Of a DNA stretch of 55,975 nucleotides, positions 55,902 to 55,975 are shown in pieces. Under the pieces are notes generated by a model that was not told the DNA's origin, made no database searches, and saw only the letters and a program-made list of their open reading frames with translations. The stretch spans positions 1-55,975 of the IMG/VR virus record IMGVR_UViG_3300030012_003256; one strand, 5' to 3'. The DNA is from a virus. Taxonomy: Duplodnaviria; Caudoviricetes. Within the stretch, counting starts at the first letter, position 1; every line of letters starts with the position of its first letter. The translations under genes were made by a program, and so were the position numbers.

Positions 55902-55975
55902 TAATCTTTAAAACATATACTTTTTATCCTGGGAATACATTTTTTATCATTTAAATGAGGACGCAAGTGCCAAAA

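Overview
AT-rich ~56 kb piece of a tailed dsDNA virus (Caudoviricetes) with archaeal-type replication and transcription genes. The gene set fits a Magrovirus-like virus of marine Poseidoniales (MGII Euryarchaeota); this is inferred from gene content, not from a search. Three blocks are visible. (1) 52-14248, + strand: siphovirus-type tail module (tube, frameshifted chaperone, tape measure, hub, fibre). (2) 14352-51463, - strand: replication and metabolism arm with split PolB, PCNA, RFC, PriS-PriL fusion, MCM-like helicase, RPA, ligase, ERCC4, Cas4-like nuclease, GroEL/GroES-like chaperonin, TFB, class II RNR, UvrD, histone-fold proteins and 2 tRNAs. (3) ~51.5-56 kb: a candidate origin, then + strand cassettes, each preceded by a CCATATGG palindrome. 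The top candidate new system is a dispersed viral ubiquitin-like conjugation pathway: a beta-grasp Ubl precursor ending GG-NY with its own promoter, a ThiF/E1, a JAB/JAMM protease and a candidate divergent E2 (IDxxGxICID). The second is the right-end cassette array, which holds a ~570-nt structured ORF-less RNA candidate and paralogous genes whose 5' and 3' UTRs pair with covariation. All calls come from motif reading by eye; no database search was possible.
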